Positions 9,687 through 20,968 of a DNA stretch of 64,000 nt are shown piece by piece (within the stretch, counting starts at the first letter, position 1; each line of letters begins with the position of its first letter). The translations under genes were made by a program, and so were the position numbers. This DNA is from an uncultured delta proteobacterium. Lineage in GTDB: Bacteria > Desulfobacterota > Binatia > Bin18. The notes under the pieces were generated by a model. The model did not search any database and was not told where the DNA came from. It saw nothing but the letters and a program-made list of their open reading frames with translations. The stretch is from positions 1-64,000 of the forward strand of contig CAVTCR010000059.1 in the NCBI GenBank assembly GCA_963733195.1. Reading direction: 5' to 3'.

Positions 9687-10970
9687 ATGATCGAACGTGC
9701 AGCGATTCTCAGTACTGGCGACGAGATTACCACGGGAAAAGTTGTTGATACGAACTCGAACTACCTTGCCGATAAATTGGTTGAGACTGGGATTGAGGTT
9801 GCTGCAGTCCTCACCGTCGGCGATGTTGCCGAGCGTATCCTCTGGGCTTGGCAGCAAGCGATAGAAAAGGCTGACGTGATCATTTCAACCGGTGGGATTG
9901 GCCCGACAGCAGATGATCTGACGACTGAACTGGTTGCGAAGGTTGCCGGTGTGGATCTGTTCTTCTCTGAGGAAGTAGCGGAGAACATTCGTCGCCTCTT
10001 TGCGTCGCTCAATCGACCGATGCCTGAGAACAACCTCAAGCAGGCAAAGTTTCCCAGAGGTGCTGAGATTATCCCCAATCATTTAGGTACAGCGCCCGGC
10101 TATCGGGTTGATCTGGATACTCCCCATGGCAAGAAACACCTAATTATTCTTCCTGGCGTACCACGCGAACTGAAACCGATGATGGAAGATACGGTTCTGC
10201 CGTGGCTACGGAAGATGCGTGGAGACGGAGATGTCTTTCTCACCCGCGCATTTCAGACCTTTGGCATCAGCGAATCTGGCCTTGATGAAGCAGTAAAAGG
10301 TACAGTGAGTGAGGAAGAAGGTCGCCTCGCTTTTCGCGCGAGTTTTCCGCAGATTTCGCTCAAAGTCACTGTCCGTGGGAAACCAAACGAAGTGGAAGCT
10401 CGTCTGGAAGAACTCTCAAATCGTATCCGCGCACGCGTTGGTGGGTATGTCTACGGCGAAGGCGATGTGACGATGGAAGAAGTTGTCGGCAAATTACTCA
10501 AAGAAAAAGGCAAGACGCTCGCTATTGCCGAAGCGTGTTCTGGTGGTTTGGTTAGTCACCGGGTGACGAACGTGCCAGGGAGTTCGGCATACTACCTAGG
10601 AACAGTGGTCGCCTATGCTGATACAGCAAAAATCCAACTGCTTGGCGTCAAACCAGAAACGCTCAAACTGCACGGCGCGGTGAGTGCAGAAACTACGCGT
10701 GAGATGGCAGTGGGTGTCCGTGAACGGCTAGGTGCGGATATTGGCGTCGCTGTCACTGGTATTGCTGGTCCTGGCGGTGGCACCCCGGAGAAACCAGTCG
10801 GCCTTGCCTATCTGGCGCTTTCTTCTGGCGACACATTAGTCGCACGTGACTACAAGCTGTGGGGCAACCGCGAGTGGATCAAGACGCTGGTTGCTCAACT
10901 CGTACTGGATTGGGTCCGTCGCTCCTTACTCGGTATCAATATCGCTGAAGCAAGCTTTCTCCGGAGATGA
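9687..10970 (+). CDS. cinA: Competence/damage-inducible protein CinA
   Basis: STGDE..G...DTN, TGGIGPTADDLT, PGVPRE, HGAVS, TGIAGPGGG; canonical position upstream of recA. Confidence 0.93.
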   Translation: MIERAAILSTGDEITTGKVVDTNSNYLADKLVETGIEVAAVLTVGDVAERILWAWQQAIEKADVIISTGGIGPTADDLTTELVAKVAGVDLFFSEEVAENIRRLFASLNRPMPENNLKQAKFPRGAEIIPNHLGTAPGYRVDLDTPHGKKHLIILPGVPRELKPMMEDTVLPWLRKMRGDGDVFLTRAFQTFGISESGLDEAVKGTVSEEEGRLAFRASFPQISLKVTVRGKPNEVEARLEELSNRIRARVGGYVYGEGDVTMEEVVGKLLKEKGKTLAIAEACSGGLVSHRVTNVPGSSAYYLGTVVAYADTAKIQLLGVKPETLKLHGAVSAETTREMAVGVRERLGADIGVAVTGIAGPGGGTPEKPVGLAYLALSSGDTLVARDYKLWGNREWIKTLVAQLVLDWVRRSLLGINIAEASFLRR

Positions 10971-11083
10971 GATTAAAAATTAAGAATTAAGAGTGAAGAA
11001 TTGAGGGAAGAAGGAATCCCTGCTATTTTCTACTAATTCTTCACTCTTCACTCATAACTCTTCACTTTCTTGAGGTTTCCCTC

Positions 11084-11645
11084 TTGATTCGCGCCTTCAT
11101 CGCGGTTAATCTGGCTCCAGCAGTAGGCGAAGAAATAGCGAAAATACAATCTACGCTGAAAGAAGCGCAGGGAGATATTCGCTGGACCCGAGTTGAGAGT
11201 ATGCATCTGACGCTTAAATTCCTCGGTGATATTACTCATGCGCAAGTTGAGTCGATTCTTGTGGCCCTGCGCAATGCGCTGTGCGATCAACCACTCCTGC
11301 ACGTACAGGCACACGACCTCGGGGCGTTTCCTAGCCTCAAGCGACCCAAAGTTCTCTGGGCTGGGTTAAGTGGAGAAGGGCTCGCTGGACTACAGGAAAA
11401 GGTCGAGTCCGCTCTGGTCGCATTGGATTTTCCCCGAGAGGAGAGAGGCTTTACGCCACATTTTACCTTAGGCCGTGTACGTTCGCTGCGGGGATGGGAA
11501 CAAGTTCTGGCCGTAGTCAGAAAGCATGAGCACGTGCAATTTGGCGAAAGCGTTATCGACCACGTAACTCTTGTATCAAAGCACTCTTCGCCCGGATGGA
11601 GCAGTGTATAGTCCCCTTGGAGCCGTACCTCTGCAGCAAGCGTGA
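11084..11645 (+). CDS. thpR: RNA 2',3'-cyclic phosphodiesterase (2H family), C-terminal frameshift
   Basis: [21 protein letters not shown]; cinA-thpR-recA synteny. Confidence 0.9.
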
Positions 11646-11668
11646 GGAAACAAAGGAGCAACGACAGT

Positions 11669-12720
11669 ATGGCAAACGAAAAAGACAAAGATAAAGATCG
11701 TACCCGAGCCCTTGATCTGGCAGTGAGTCAGATCGAGAAGCAATTCGGCAAAGGTGCGATCATGAGACTCGGGGAAGAGGCGATTGTCCAGGACATCCCG
11801 GTGATTTCTACCGGCTCGCTTACCCTTGACCTCGCCCTCGGGATTGGCGGTTTGCCACGTGGTCGGGTGGTGGAAATCTACGGACCTGAGTCCTCAGGGA
11901 AAACGACGATGGCACTTCAGGTCGTTGCTGAGGCGCAGAAGATCGCAGGAACCTGTGCATACATCGACGCCGAGCATGCGCTCGACCTGGGTTACGCGCA
12001 AAAGATTGGGGTGAAAGCCGACGAGCTGCTGGTATCCCAGCCGGACAATGGGGAACAGGCGCTGGAAATCACCGATACGCTTGTTCGCAGTGGAGCGGTT
12101 GATGTGATTGTGGTCGATTCTGTGGCCGCTCTTACTCCACGTGCTGAGATCGAAGGGGAAATGGGCGAACCGCAAATGGGGTTGCAGGCACGATTGATGT
12201 CACAAGCTTTACGAAAACTGGTCGGGACCATTTCCCGTTCGCGTACGTTGGTAATTTTTATCAACCAAATCCGTATGAAGATCGGCGTGATGTTTGGCAA
12301 TCCCGAGACTACGACTGGTGGGAATGCACTCAAATTCTACGCCTCCGTGCGACTCGATATTCGTCGTACGGGTGCGGTGAAACAAGGCGAAGAAGTTGTC
12401 GGCAGTCGCACGAAGGTGAAAGTCGTCAAGAATAAAGTTGCCCCCCCGTTTCGTGAAGCAGAGTTTGATATCGTCTATGGCAGTGGCGTGTCGAAAGAAG
12501 GAGAACTGGTAGATATTGGTTCCGAGAATGGAGTGATCGAAAAGTCCGGCGCGTGGTATTCGTTCAATGGTGAACGTATCGGCCAGGGGCGTGAGAATGC
12601 CAAAGACTATCTCAAAGAGCACGTCGAAATCGCTCAGGTTGTCGAAGGAAAGATTCGCGAGAAGTTTGGGATAGCGACGGCGTCGGCGCAAGAGGCGAGA
12701 CAGAATAGGATATTCGGTAG
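11669..12720 (+). CDS. recA: Recombinase RecA (true stop ~12709-12720; ORF track shows an artefactual read-through into Uma2)
   Basis: [53 protein letters not shown]. Confidence 0.97.
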
Positions 12721-12728
12721 GAGAACGT

Positions 12729-13306
12729 ATGTCGTTGCAACCGAAAACATTCCTCACTCCCGAAGAATACTTAGCCATCGAGCGAAGGCTGAGTGCAAGA
12801 GCGAGTATTTCAATGGCGAAATGTTCGCAATGTCAGGGGCAAGTCCGAGCCATGTCCTAATCGTCTCAAACATTGTGGCAGAGTTGCGAGGACAGCTAAA
12901 ACAAAAACCGTGTAGGGTATATTCTGCAGACCTTAGGGTTCGAATCAGTCCAACCGGACTTTATACGTATCCAGATGTTGTTGTCGTTGCGGTCAACCTA
13001 AATTTGCTGATGACCAGAAAGATACGCTGATAAATCCTACACTCATCGTACGAAGTCTTGTCTGACTCTACGCAAGACTACGACCGAGGAAGAAAATTTG
13101 AGCACTATCGCTCTCTTTCTTCCTTTAGCGAGTACCTATTGATCGCCCAAGACCGATGTCACGTTGAGCATTTTGTACGACAAGCGGACAACCGCTGGCT
13201 CTTGTCGGAAACGCAACAAAATTGAAGCATGCTATTTACCTCTCTTCCATTGACTGTAATCTAGCGCTTACTGAAGTGTATGACAAAGTTCGAACTGCCA
13301 GCATGA
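12729..13306 (+). CDS. Uma2-family (PD-(D/E)xK) putative endonuclease, frameshifted
   Basis: Stitched translation: [19 protein letters not shown]...[18 protein letters not shown]...YTYPDVVV...[26 protein letters not shown]...EYLLIAQD. Confidence 0.85.
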
Positions 13307-13836
13307 AGAATCCGCAATCCGCCTGCCCCCTCCGTCGGGGGGCAATCAACAATCCACCATCTTCCCTTACTCCTCTCGACTACGCTTATCGTCTGCTCGC
13401 CCGCCGTCCTCATAGCGAGCAGGCTCTCGCTGACAAACTTCTCACCAAAGGTTTTACTGAAAAAGCCGTCGCTCGTACTGTTGCCCGCCTTAAAGAGCAA
13501 GGTTACCTTAACGATGAAAGCCTTGCCTCAGATCAAGCCGAACGTCTCCGCAAAAAAGGATTTGGAGCGGAGGGCGTCCGAGCAAAATTGGCGCAGAAAG
13601 GCCTTGCCGTTGATACCGTTGAACAGGCTCTACTAGATGAGAGCGGAGGAACCGAAGAGCTGGAATCTGCACAGAAACTCCTTGCTAGCCGTTTTCCAAC
13701 GGACGCGCTAAAACAACCACAGCAGTACGCTCGAGCGTTTCGGTTTTTACTCCGTCGTGGTTATGCTCAGGATGTTGTCGAGAGCCTTCTCGGGAGTCCA
13801 CCAAGTGACGCTCGCGAGACGGAGCTAGAGAAGTGA
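13303..13836 (+). CDS. recX: Regulatory protein RecX
   Basis: AYRLLARRPHSEQ.L..KL, L...GYLND, RFLLRRGY; located between recA and alaS. Confidence 0.88.
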   Translation: MKNPQSACPLRRGAINNPPSSLTPLDYAYRLLARRPHSEQALADKLLTKGFTEKAVARTVARLKEQGYLNDESLASDQAERLRKKGFGAEGVRAKLAQKGLAVDTVEQALLDESGGTEELESAQKLLASRFPTDALKQPQQYARAFRFLLRRGYAQDVVESLLGSPPSDARETELEK

Positions 13837-13869
13837 GATAGAGATAACATAGAAAGAATCATGAAGATG

Positions 13870-14044
13870 GCATGAGTCTAGCACACCGGAATCGTCACCC
13901 TGAACCGAAAGTGAAGGGTCTCTCAGAGAGATTCTTCGCGAAGCCTGTCCTGAGCGTAGATCGAAGGGGGAGTCGAAGGGCTCAGAATGACACAACTGCT
14001 TGGTTGCATTGTAAAGTGTACGAATGGTATGCCCTCTAGTTTAG
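13870..14044. repeat. Composite REP/MITE-like palindromic element
   Basis: GTCACCCTGA...GAAGGGTCTC...GAGATTCTTCGC...CTCAGAATGAC core with a nested CCTGTCCTGAGC...GTCGAAGGG unit. Flank TGTAAAGTGTACGA matches the element at 18152 in opposite orientation. Confidence 0.75.
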
Positions 14045-14063
14045 AAAACTGAGAGACTAACTA

Positions 14064-16701
14064 ATGACTGGTAAAGAAATCCGTGACAGCTTCCTTCGCT
14101 TCTTCGCGCAGCAGGGCCATCAAATCGTTCCCAGTGCCTCTTTGATTCCTGCTAGCGATCCGACCCTGATGTTTACTAACGCAGGGATGGTGCCGTTCAA
14201 GAACATCTTCCTTGGTATAGAAAAGCCGACGCAGCCACGGGTAGTCAACTCGCAAAAGTGTCTGCGCGTTTCTGGTAAGCATAATGACCTCGAAGAAGTC
14301 GGGCGTGACACCTACCATCACACATTTTTTGAAATGCTCGGAAACTGGTCTTTCGGTGACTATTACAAGAAAGAGGCGATTCTGTGGGCGTGGCAATTGC
14401 TGACCGACGTATGGAAATTGCCGAAGGATAAACTCTGGGCGACCGTTTACAAGACCGATGATGAGGCCGAGGAGTGGTGGCGTAAGCAAACCGATATTAA
14501 CAAAGACCAGATCCAGCGTTTCGGCGAGAAAGATAACTTCTGGGAAATGGGTGAGACCGGTCCATGCGGTCCGTGCTCAGAAATCCACATCGACCGCGGT
14601 CCGGGGATGTGCGAGCGAGAAAATACGCCGGGTCATACCTGTCAGGTGAATGGTGGTTGCCCTCGTTACATCGAGTTGTGGAACCTGGTCTTCATCCAGT
14701 ACAACCGCAGCTCCGATCGATCCCTCACTGAGTTACCAGCGAAGCATGTGGACACCGGCATGGGTCTCGAACGGGTGACGGCGGTGTTACAGAACGTACG
14801 CGGCAATTATGACACTGACCTGCTGCGTGACATTATTCGTGCAACCGAAGAGATCAGCGGAAAACGTTATGGCAGTGATCCTGAGAACGACATCTCGTTT
14901 CGTGTGATTGCCGATCACGCGCGAGCTGCTGCCTTTGTGATCGCTGACGGTGTTGTGCCAACCAACGAGGGACGCGGATACGTCTTACGGCGGATCATGC
15001 GTCGTGCGTTACGTCACGGACGCTTGCTTGGTTTTGAAGGAACTTTTTTCTCTCAAGTCACAGAGAGTGTGATTCGGCTATTTGGCCTCAGCCTATCCCG
15101 AATTAGTCGAGCGTAAGAGCTACGTTACTGAGGTGGTGCGGAACGAAGAAGAACGCTTTGCTGATACTTTGGGCAAGGGGTTGGGATTGCTTGAACAGGA
15201 AATCAAAACAGTTCGTCAGAGCGGTAGCTCGACCTTGAGTGGAGAGGTTGCCTTCCGCTTGTATGACACTTTTGGTTTTCCACTTGATTTGACCGAGGAC
15301 TTCTTATCCTCCGAAGGACTTACGCTTGATCGTGCTGGCTTTGATCGGGCGATGGAAGAGCAACGCACTCGTGCGCGTGAAGGACAAAAAGGAACGGTTT
15401 ACATTAGCGCTGGCCTGACTGACCTGCGCTCGAAGTTTGCTGGCGATCGTATTGTCGAATGGGAATCTGAAGTACTCGCCGTTTTGGTCAATGGCGAGAT
15501 GCAGAACGGTGCAGCACGCGAAGGCCAGGAAGTCGAAATTGTCACCGCTGAGACACCCTTCTACGGTGAGTCCGGCGGTCAAGTTGGCGATACTGGCAAG
15601 ATCGAAACTGCGCGCGGCGATCTCGTAGAAATCTCTGATACTCAGAAGCCGCAACCGTTTCTGACGGTTCATCGAGGCAAGGTAGTACGCGGAGCAATTC
15701 AAGCTGGCGATAAAGTGAAATTGGTAATCAATGCTGCACGACGTGAAGCTACACGACTGAGTCATTCAGCTACTCACATTCTACATTCCGCACTGCGCGA
15801 AGTTCTTGGTACGCATGTAAGGCAGGCGGGTTCGTTGGTGACCCCTGATCGTCTGCGTTTTGACTTTACTCATACCAGTCCAGTGAAAGACGATGCCCTC
15901 GCTCGTATTGAAGACATCGTGAATACTCATATCCGTGAGAATGCTGAAGTTACCAGCCAGGAAATGTCATTGAATGACGCGCTGAAAAGTGGAGCATTGG
16001 CGTTCTTTGGCGAGAAATACGGCGAACGTGTGCGCGTCCTCAAGATGGGCAATTTTTCGACAGAACTTTGTGGTGGCACCCATGTGAACCGTACCGGTGA
16101 TATCGGTTTATTCAAATTGAAAGCTGAAGTCGGCGTTGCTTCTGGAGTGCGGCGCGTTGAAGCAACAACTGGGGAGGGCGCACTCGATTGGGTCCGGCAG
16201 CGCGAGCAGATTCTCAAAGACGTGAGCAACATTCTCAAAGGCTCAGAAGAAGATGCGGCTGATCGCGTAGAGAAACTGCTTGTGCAGCAACGTGAACTTG
16301 AGAGGCAGCTTGTGCAATTGCAAAGTAAACTTGCGGGTTCTCAAAGTGGCGACATCGAGTCGCGAGCGCAGAAGGTCAATGGAGTTACGGTAGTGGCGAG
16401 TCGTGTCGAAGGGGTTGATGATAAGGCTCTACGAGAAATGGCCGACCGACTGCGAGATAAATTGCAGCCCGCAGTGGTCGTCCTTGGTACAGTGCAAGGT
16501 GACAAAGTGGTGTTGTTGGTTGCCGTTAGCAAAGATGCAACAAAAAGTTATCATGCTGGTAACATTATCAAGCAAATTGCTCCGCTCGTGGGTGGTGGTG
16601 GTGGCGGACGGCCAGATTTCGCCCAGGCTGGAGGAAAAGATGCCTCGCGTCTGGATGAAGCGCTGCAAAAGGTGTATGAGCTAGTGGGAAAAGGAGCATA
16701 A
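14064..16701 (+). CDS. alaS: Alanine--tRNA ligase (one frameshift at ~15085)
   Basis: [68 protein letters not shown]. Confidence 0.97.
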
Positions 16702-16719
16702 AGGAGGAGAGCCGTACAC

Positions 16720-17922
16720 TTGGAGCACGTCAACGACAATACCTCTCGCGTACAATTCGAGAACCATCGTTTCTTTCACGACCTCCTGGGGCACCAAGAC
16801 GAGCACCTACGCGGCATCGAGAAAGCCGTGGGTGTTAAGATGGCGACTGCGGGGAACGCACTTCTGATCACAGGCGACGAAGAGCAACGAACCCTCGCGG
16901 GTCGGATCGCAACGCAACTCTATGGTCTCTTACAAAACGGCTATCCGGTGTATCCGAGCGATGTGGATTACGCGATTCGCATCCTCAGCCGTGATCGTTC
17001 GGCAAACCTCAAAGATATTTTTCTCGATACGGTCTACATTTCGGCGAACCGCCGGACGATTACTCCGAAAAGTATCGCCCAGAAAGTGTACATCGATGCG
17101 ATTCGTCGCTTTGACATTGTTTTTGGTATAGGGCCAGCCGGAACGGGGAAAACCTACTTGGCTATGGCCGTTGCTGTTGCTGAACTGATGAAACATAAAG
17201 TGAGTCGAGTGGTGCTCACCCGGCCAGCCGTCGAAGCTGGAGAGAAACTCGGCTTCTTGCCAGGTGATCTCGCGGAGAAGATTAATCCGTACCTGCGTCC
17301 GTTATATGACGCTCTGTATGACATGGTGGATTATGACCGCGCCAGCAAAATGATTGAACGCGGAACTATCGAAGTTGCGCCGCTGGCGTTCATGCGTGGA
17401 CGAACCCTCAACGATTCATTTGTGATTCTTGACGAGGCGCAAAACACAACCCCTGAACAAATGAAAATGTTCCTGACCCGTCTTGGCTACGGTTCAAAAG
17501 CGGTGATCACCGGTGACGTTACGCAGATCGATCTTCCGGCTGGCACGCGGTCTGGTCTGAAGGAAGCACGGCAAATTCTACGCGGAATCGACGACATCAA
17601 GTTCGCGTTCTTCAGTGAGAAAGATGTCGTTCGTCACCGCCTTGTTCAAGACATCATTACTGCCTATGAGCGAGCGCACGAAGAACGAGAACAATTTGAG
17701 CAGGAAAAACGCGAACTCCGCCGGCAGCGCGCCCAGGAGCGGCGTAACGATCGGCGTTTCTGGCAAGACTCCAGAAGTGAGCCGGCACGAATTACGGCAA
17801 TGGAGCAGAGCGATCTTGCGTCATCTGGGTCAACGGCAAGCAGAGCTGAGTCTCGCCTTGGTAACGGACCCCGAGATCCTCACGTTGAACCGTCAGTATC
17901 GCAAGAAAGACAAACCGACTGA
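16720..17922 (+). CDS. phoH: PhoH-family ATPase (3' end uncertain, overlaps ybeY)
   Basis: GPAGTGKT, RPAVEAGEKLGFLPG, RGRTL, ILDEAQN, DVVRH. Confidence 0.9.
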   Translation: MEHVNDNTSRVQFENHRFFHDLLGHQDEHLRGIEKAVGVKMATAGNALLITGDEEQRTLAGRIATQLYGLLQNGYPVYPSDVDYAIRILSRDRSANLKDIFLDTVYISANRRTITPKSIAQKVYIDAIRRFDIVFGIGPAGTGKTYLAMAVAVAELMKHKVSRVVLTRPAVEAGEKLGFLPGDLAEKINPYLRPLYDALYDMVDYDRASKMIERGTIEVAPLAFMRGRTLNDSFVILDEAQNTTPEQMKMFLTRLGYGSKAVITGDVTQIDLPAGTRSGLKEARQILRGIDDIKFAFFSEKDVVRHRLVQDIITAYERAHEEREQFEQEKRELRRQRAQERRNDRRFWQDSRSEPARITAMEQSDLASSGSTASRAESRLGNGPRDPHVEPSVSQERQTD

Positions 17923-18169
17923 CGTGCTTTCGTTTCCGTTAGCCGATGAACTGCAGCCGTTACTCTTAGGGGATGTGGTGATCTCGATTGAGACGGCTGC
18001 ACGGCAAGCACAACGACGCCACCACTCGCTTCGTGAAGAGCTACAAATTCTGCTCATCCACGGTATCTTGCATCTGCTAGGTTATGATCATGAAGTCTCA
18101 CGTAGTGAGGCGATTCGTATGCATCGCAAAGAGCGAGAGATAAAGGAAATGCTAAATGAGCATGCATGA
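17740..18169 (+). CDS. ybeY: rRNA maturation RNase YbeY (start uncertain)
   Basis: LNRQYR.KDKPTDVLSF, LGDVVIS, HGILHLLGYDH. Confidence 0.9.
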
Positions 18170-18394
18170 CCGTCGTACACTTTACGGGCGACGTTGCAGA
18201 AGTGTCATTCTGAGCCCTTCGACTCCGCTCACCTGTGCCTGCGGACTGGCGCAGGCAGGCTCTCTGCGAAGAATCTCTCTGAGAGTCCCCCTTCGACAAG
18301 CTCACCTGTGTCTGCGGCACTGGCGCAGGCAGGACAGGCTTCGTTTCACTCAGGGTGACAACCTTGGTGTGTCAATCTTTTGTGCTCAGATTTA
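18152..18394. repeat. Nested MITE/REP composite element
   Basis: Imperfect terminal IR CTAAATGAGCA / TGCTCAGATTTAG. GTCATTCTGAGC...CTCAGGGTGAC core carries two CCCTTCGAC..GCTCA units, each interrupted by CCTGTG(C/T)CTGCGG(C)ACTGGCGCAGGCAGG. Confidence 0.75.
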
Positions 18395-18410
18395 GCCGCG
18401 AGAAAAAGTG

Positions 18411-19586
18411 CTATCCAATTGTCCCGGTCGTCCGTAGCGTTACTAACTCTTCGCCTGTAATCCCAAGCTCTGTCAGCACTGTATCTGTATGCTCTCCAAG
18501 CCGTGGCGCGGGAATACGCAGTTCCGCTGGTGTGAGATCGAAACGTGCAGCCGGACGTGGTTGACGCATGCGGCCAAGCGAAGGATGTTCTGACTCGACG
18601 ATAAGTTGGTTTGCCGAGATCTGCGGATCAGTCAGTAAATCTTTACGGCTGAGGACTGGAGCACATGGCACCTGCTCAGCATCTAAGCGAGCGAGCCACT
18701 CTGCCGACGTGCGTGTCGTAAGGACTTCAGCGGTCATTTCCAGTCGTGCATCGGCATACTTCACGCGTCCGGCAGGAGTAGTGAAGCGAGGATCTTCTAA
18801 CCATTCTGGCCGTTCAAGGGCACGGGTGAGTCCTTGCCATTCGGAATCAGAAACTGTCGCGACTGTGATATAGCCATCCACTGTCTCGAACACGAGATCT
18901 CTGGCGTTCGGACGTACGGTCACCTCTTTATCAGTGATAAATGTATGTGCCACCATTGCCTCGGGCCAAAGAAAGGAAACAACCGCATCCAGCATTGCCA
19001 AGCGGACGTGTTGTCCCTGCTTGGTTCGTTCGCGTGCAAGTAATGCTGCCGTCATCGCCTGTGCCGCCGTCATTGCGGTGACTTTGTCCGGCACGATGAG
19101 CCGCATCATGTGGGGTCGCCCGTCGGGATCTGCCTGAATTGATGCAAGTCCGGAGAGCGCCTGAATTACTGGGTCGTACACGCGCTTATGAACGTATGGT
19201 CCAGTCTCGCCGAAACCACTGATTGAGACATACACGAGATCCGGCTTGATACGTCGCAGATCTGCCTCCCCAATCCCCATCTGCTCAGCAACACCAGGGC
19301 GGAAATTCTGCACGAAGAGATCTGCTTTGGTTACGAGACGTGTAAGAATTTCTAAGCCGCGCTGCGTCTTCAGGTTGATGACGACTGAGCGTTTATTGCG
19401 ATTAACAATAGTAAACGTTGGTGACATACCACGTGGACCGCCAAGGGCACGGGTGAGGTCTCCTGTTCCCGGTGGCTCGACTTTGATGACATCCGCTCCT
19501 TGGTCAGCCAATACCATTGTTGCCATTGGTCCAGAAATCATCTGTGTCACGTCAATTATGCGATACCCAGCGAGCGGCCCTGGCAT
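18411..19586 (-). CDS. CaiB/BaiF family III CoA-transferase
   Basis: PLAGYRIID, LADQGADVIKVEPP.GD..R, NRNKRS, QNFRPG, YDPVIQALSG, PRLGEHT. Confidence 0.92.
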   Translation of the reverse strand: MPGPLAGYRIIDVTQMISGPMATMVLADQGADVIKVEPPGTGDLTRALGGPRGMSPTFTIVNRNKRSVVINLKTQRGLEILTRLVTKADLFVQNFRPGVAEQMGIGEADLRRIKPDLVYVSISGFGETGPYVHKRVYDPVIQALSGLASIQADPDGRPHMMRLIVPDKVTAMTAAQAMTAALLARERTKQGQHVRLAMLDAVVSFLWPEAMVAHTFITDKEVTVRPNARDLVFETVDGYITVATVSDSEWQGLTRALERPEWLEDPRFTTPAGRVKYADARLEMTAEVLTTRTSAEWLARLDAEQVPCAPVLSRKDLLTDPQISANQLIVESEHPSLGRMRQPRPAARFDLTPAELRIPAPRLGEHTDTVLTELGITGEELVTLRTTGTIG

Positions 19587-19613
19587 AATAGCCCTCCTTA
19601 TTCTGTTCCACAC

Positions 19614-20192
19614 TCATTGTGCTAACGCCGCGATGCACGCCTCACGGATAGCCCACAACTCGTCGAAGCTATATCCATTTGTGGTGTTTTCCGCCAGCCA
19701 CTGACGTAAAAACTGTTTGTGAACATCAACTTTATACTCACCAATCTGTGCAGGGGAGATTGTTTCCTCATATAAGAATTGGTCAATCAATTCAGTGGGC
19801 TCAGCGCCAGAGCGAGTAATATCGATGCGCTCCCCTTTATAGGTCAAATAGCAGTGTGCTTCAGGAATGAAAGGGAGTTTGTAGCGTGCGAGGATCGTGC
19901 CTACCCCAGGGGTATTGCGGTCGTGCATTTGGTAAATCCCTAGCATAAGCGTAATAGGAAGCTGTTGCTCACGTGCGAGTTCAGCGAGCAGTGCATGTTT
20001 GGTGCTGCAGGTTCCCCGCCCTTCACTGAGGACGAGATGAAAGTTCGTGCGGTCGGTGTTTCTGCCGTACGGAAGGGAGTGCAAATGACGACCAACAGCA
20101 CGAAAGTCGCGGATGCCGGATGCAAGGATCTGAACCGTTACAGGGCCGGCAGATTGTAAGGGGATCTCTGGTAACATTACCCATGATTGCAT
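19614..20192 (-). CDS. Hypothetical protein with a transglutaminase-like Cys-His-Asp pattern
   Basis: LPYGRN, GTCSTKHALL, EAHCYL, IDIT. Confidence 0.6.
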   Translation of the reverse strand: MQSWVMLPEIPLQSAGPVTVQILASGIRDFRAVGRHLHSLPYGRNTDRTNFHLVLSEGRGTCSTKHALLAELAREQQLPITLMLGIYQMHDRNTPGVGTILARYKLPFIPEAHCYLTYKGERIDITRSGAEPTELIDQFLYEETISPAQIGEYKVDVHKQFLRQWLAENTTNGYSFDELWAIREACIAALAQ

Positions 20193-20338
20193 TATTTGTT
20201 CTTTTACCCCTGAGATTCGTTCTCTACCACGTTGGATAGGGGACCGGAATCACCAGTGAGCGAAAGACGCGATACGTGCTTGCGTGGTTTTCGCCCATCG
20301 TCGATTTTTGCAGGACAACGAGAAAGGTACGGAGATCC

Positions 20339-20896
20339 CTAGCGAATCAGTGTGGTACGCTGGCGACCAAGGGAAATAACACGAAGGGAGTTGGTTTCCA
20401 CTTCTAGGACAGTACACGAACAATGGTCGGGCTCGAAGCAGACCAATCGATCATCGCCGGTAGCGAACCCAACTGCAGCATTGATAGCAATGAAATGGGT
20501 GGTCATAACGGTTGAACCCTGACACTCAACCAAACACCGTATTACCTGCTCCCGCCAAGCCTGATGTTCTGACGATAAATCGCTCCACCGCCCACGCAAT
20601 GCCTGAGAGAGCCACACTGCTCGTTTCTCCAAGTTTTCATTGGGAGATGGAATCTCGGCAATCCGCGACTCGACACGTGCGGTAACACCCCATTGCACTT
20701 CGAGCGGTATTGCGGTTTCTCGTGCACGTTTAAGAGGGCTGGTGAGCACAAGAAGCGGTCCAAGCGAAGTAAGTTCTTGAGCGACTGCCTGCGCTTGCGC
20801 ATGCCCGATTTCATCGAGGCCAGGATCAACAGCGTCTGCGAAACCAGCACTGGGCCGTCCGTGACGAATGAGATACAGCCGGAAAGGAGGGGCCAT
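20339..20896 (-). CDS. Histidine phosphatase family protein
   Basis: LYLIRHG, TSPLKRARETA, TH. Confidence 0.88.
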   Translation of the reverse strand: MAPPFRLYLIRHGRPSAGFADAVDPGLDEIGHAQAQAVAQELTSLGPLLVLTSPLKRARETAIPLEVQWGVTARVESRIAEIPSPNENLEKRAVWLSQALRGRWSDLSSEHQAWREQVIRCLVECQGSTVMTTHFIAINAAVGFATGDDRLVCFEPDHCSCTVLEVETNSLRVISLGRQRTTLIR

Positions 20897-20968
20897 ACAA
20901 TGCTCTGTATAACAGCAAAGTGAAGTAAAATGCGGTGAAGTGTAGTGCTGATCAATCGAAGAGGCGTA

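Noticed and set aside
11642-13030. Apparent 462-aa RecA-Uma2 fusion or RecA intein
   Set aside because: The RecA part is complete by ~12700. The extension crosses the Uma2 start out of frame and only joins it through indels. No intein motifs are present.
14064-16701. Split alaS or programmed frameshift
   Set aside because: The break falls mid-domain with no RBS or slippery signal, consistent with the window-wide indel errors.
17615-17922. Long phoH/ybeY overlap or PhoH-YbeY fusion
   Set aside because: More simply explained by an indel near 17740-17750 in an error-rich assembly.
20258-20296. Hairpin GCGAAA-GACGCGA...TTGCGT-GG-TTTTCGC as a riboswitch
   Set aside because: It is a single imperfect hairpin with no recognisable aptamer motif, and may be a terminator or repeat remnant.
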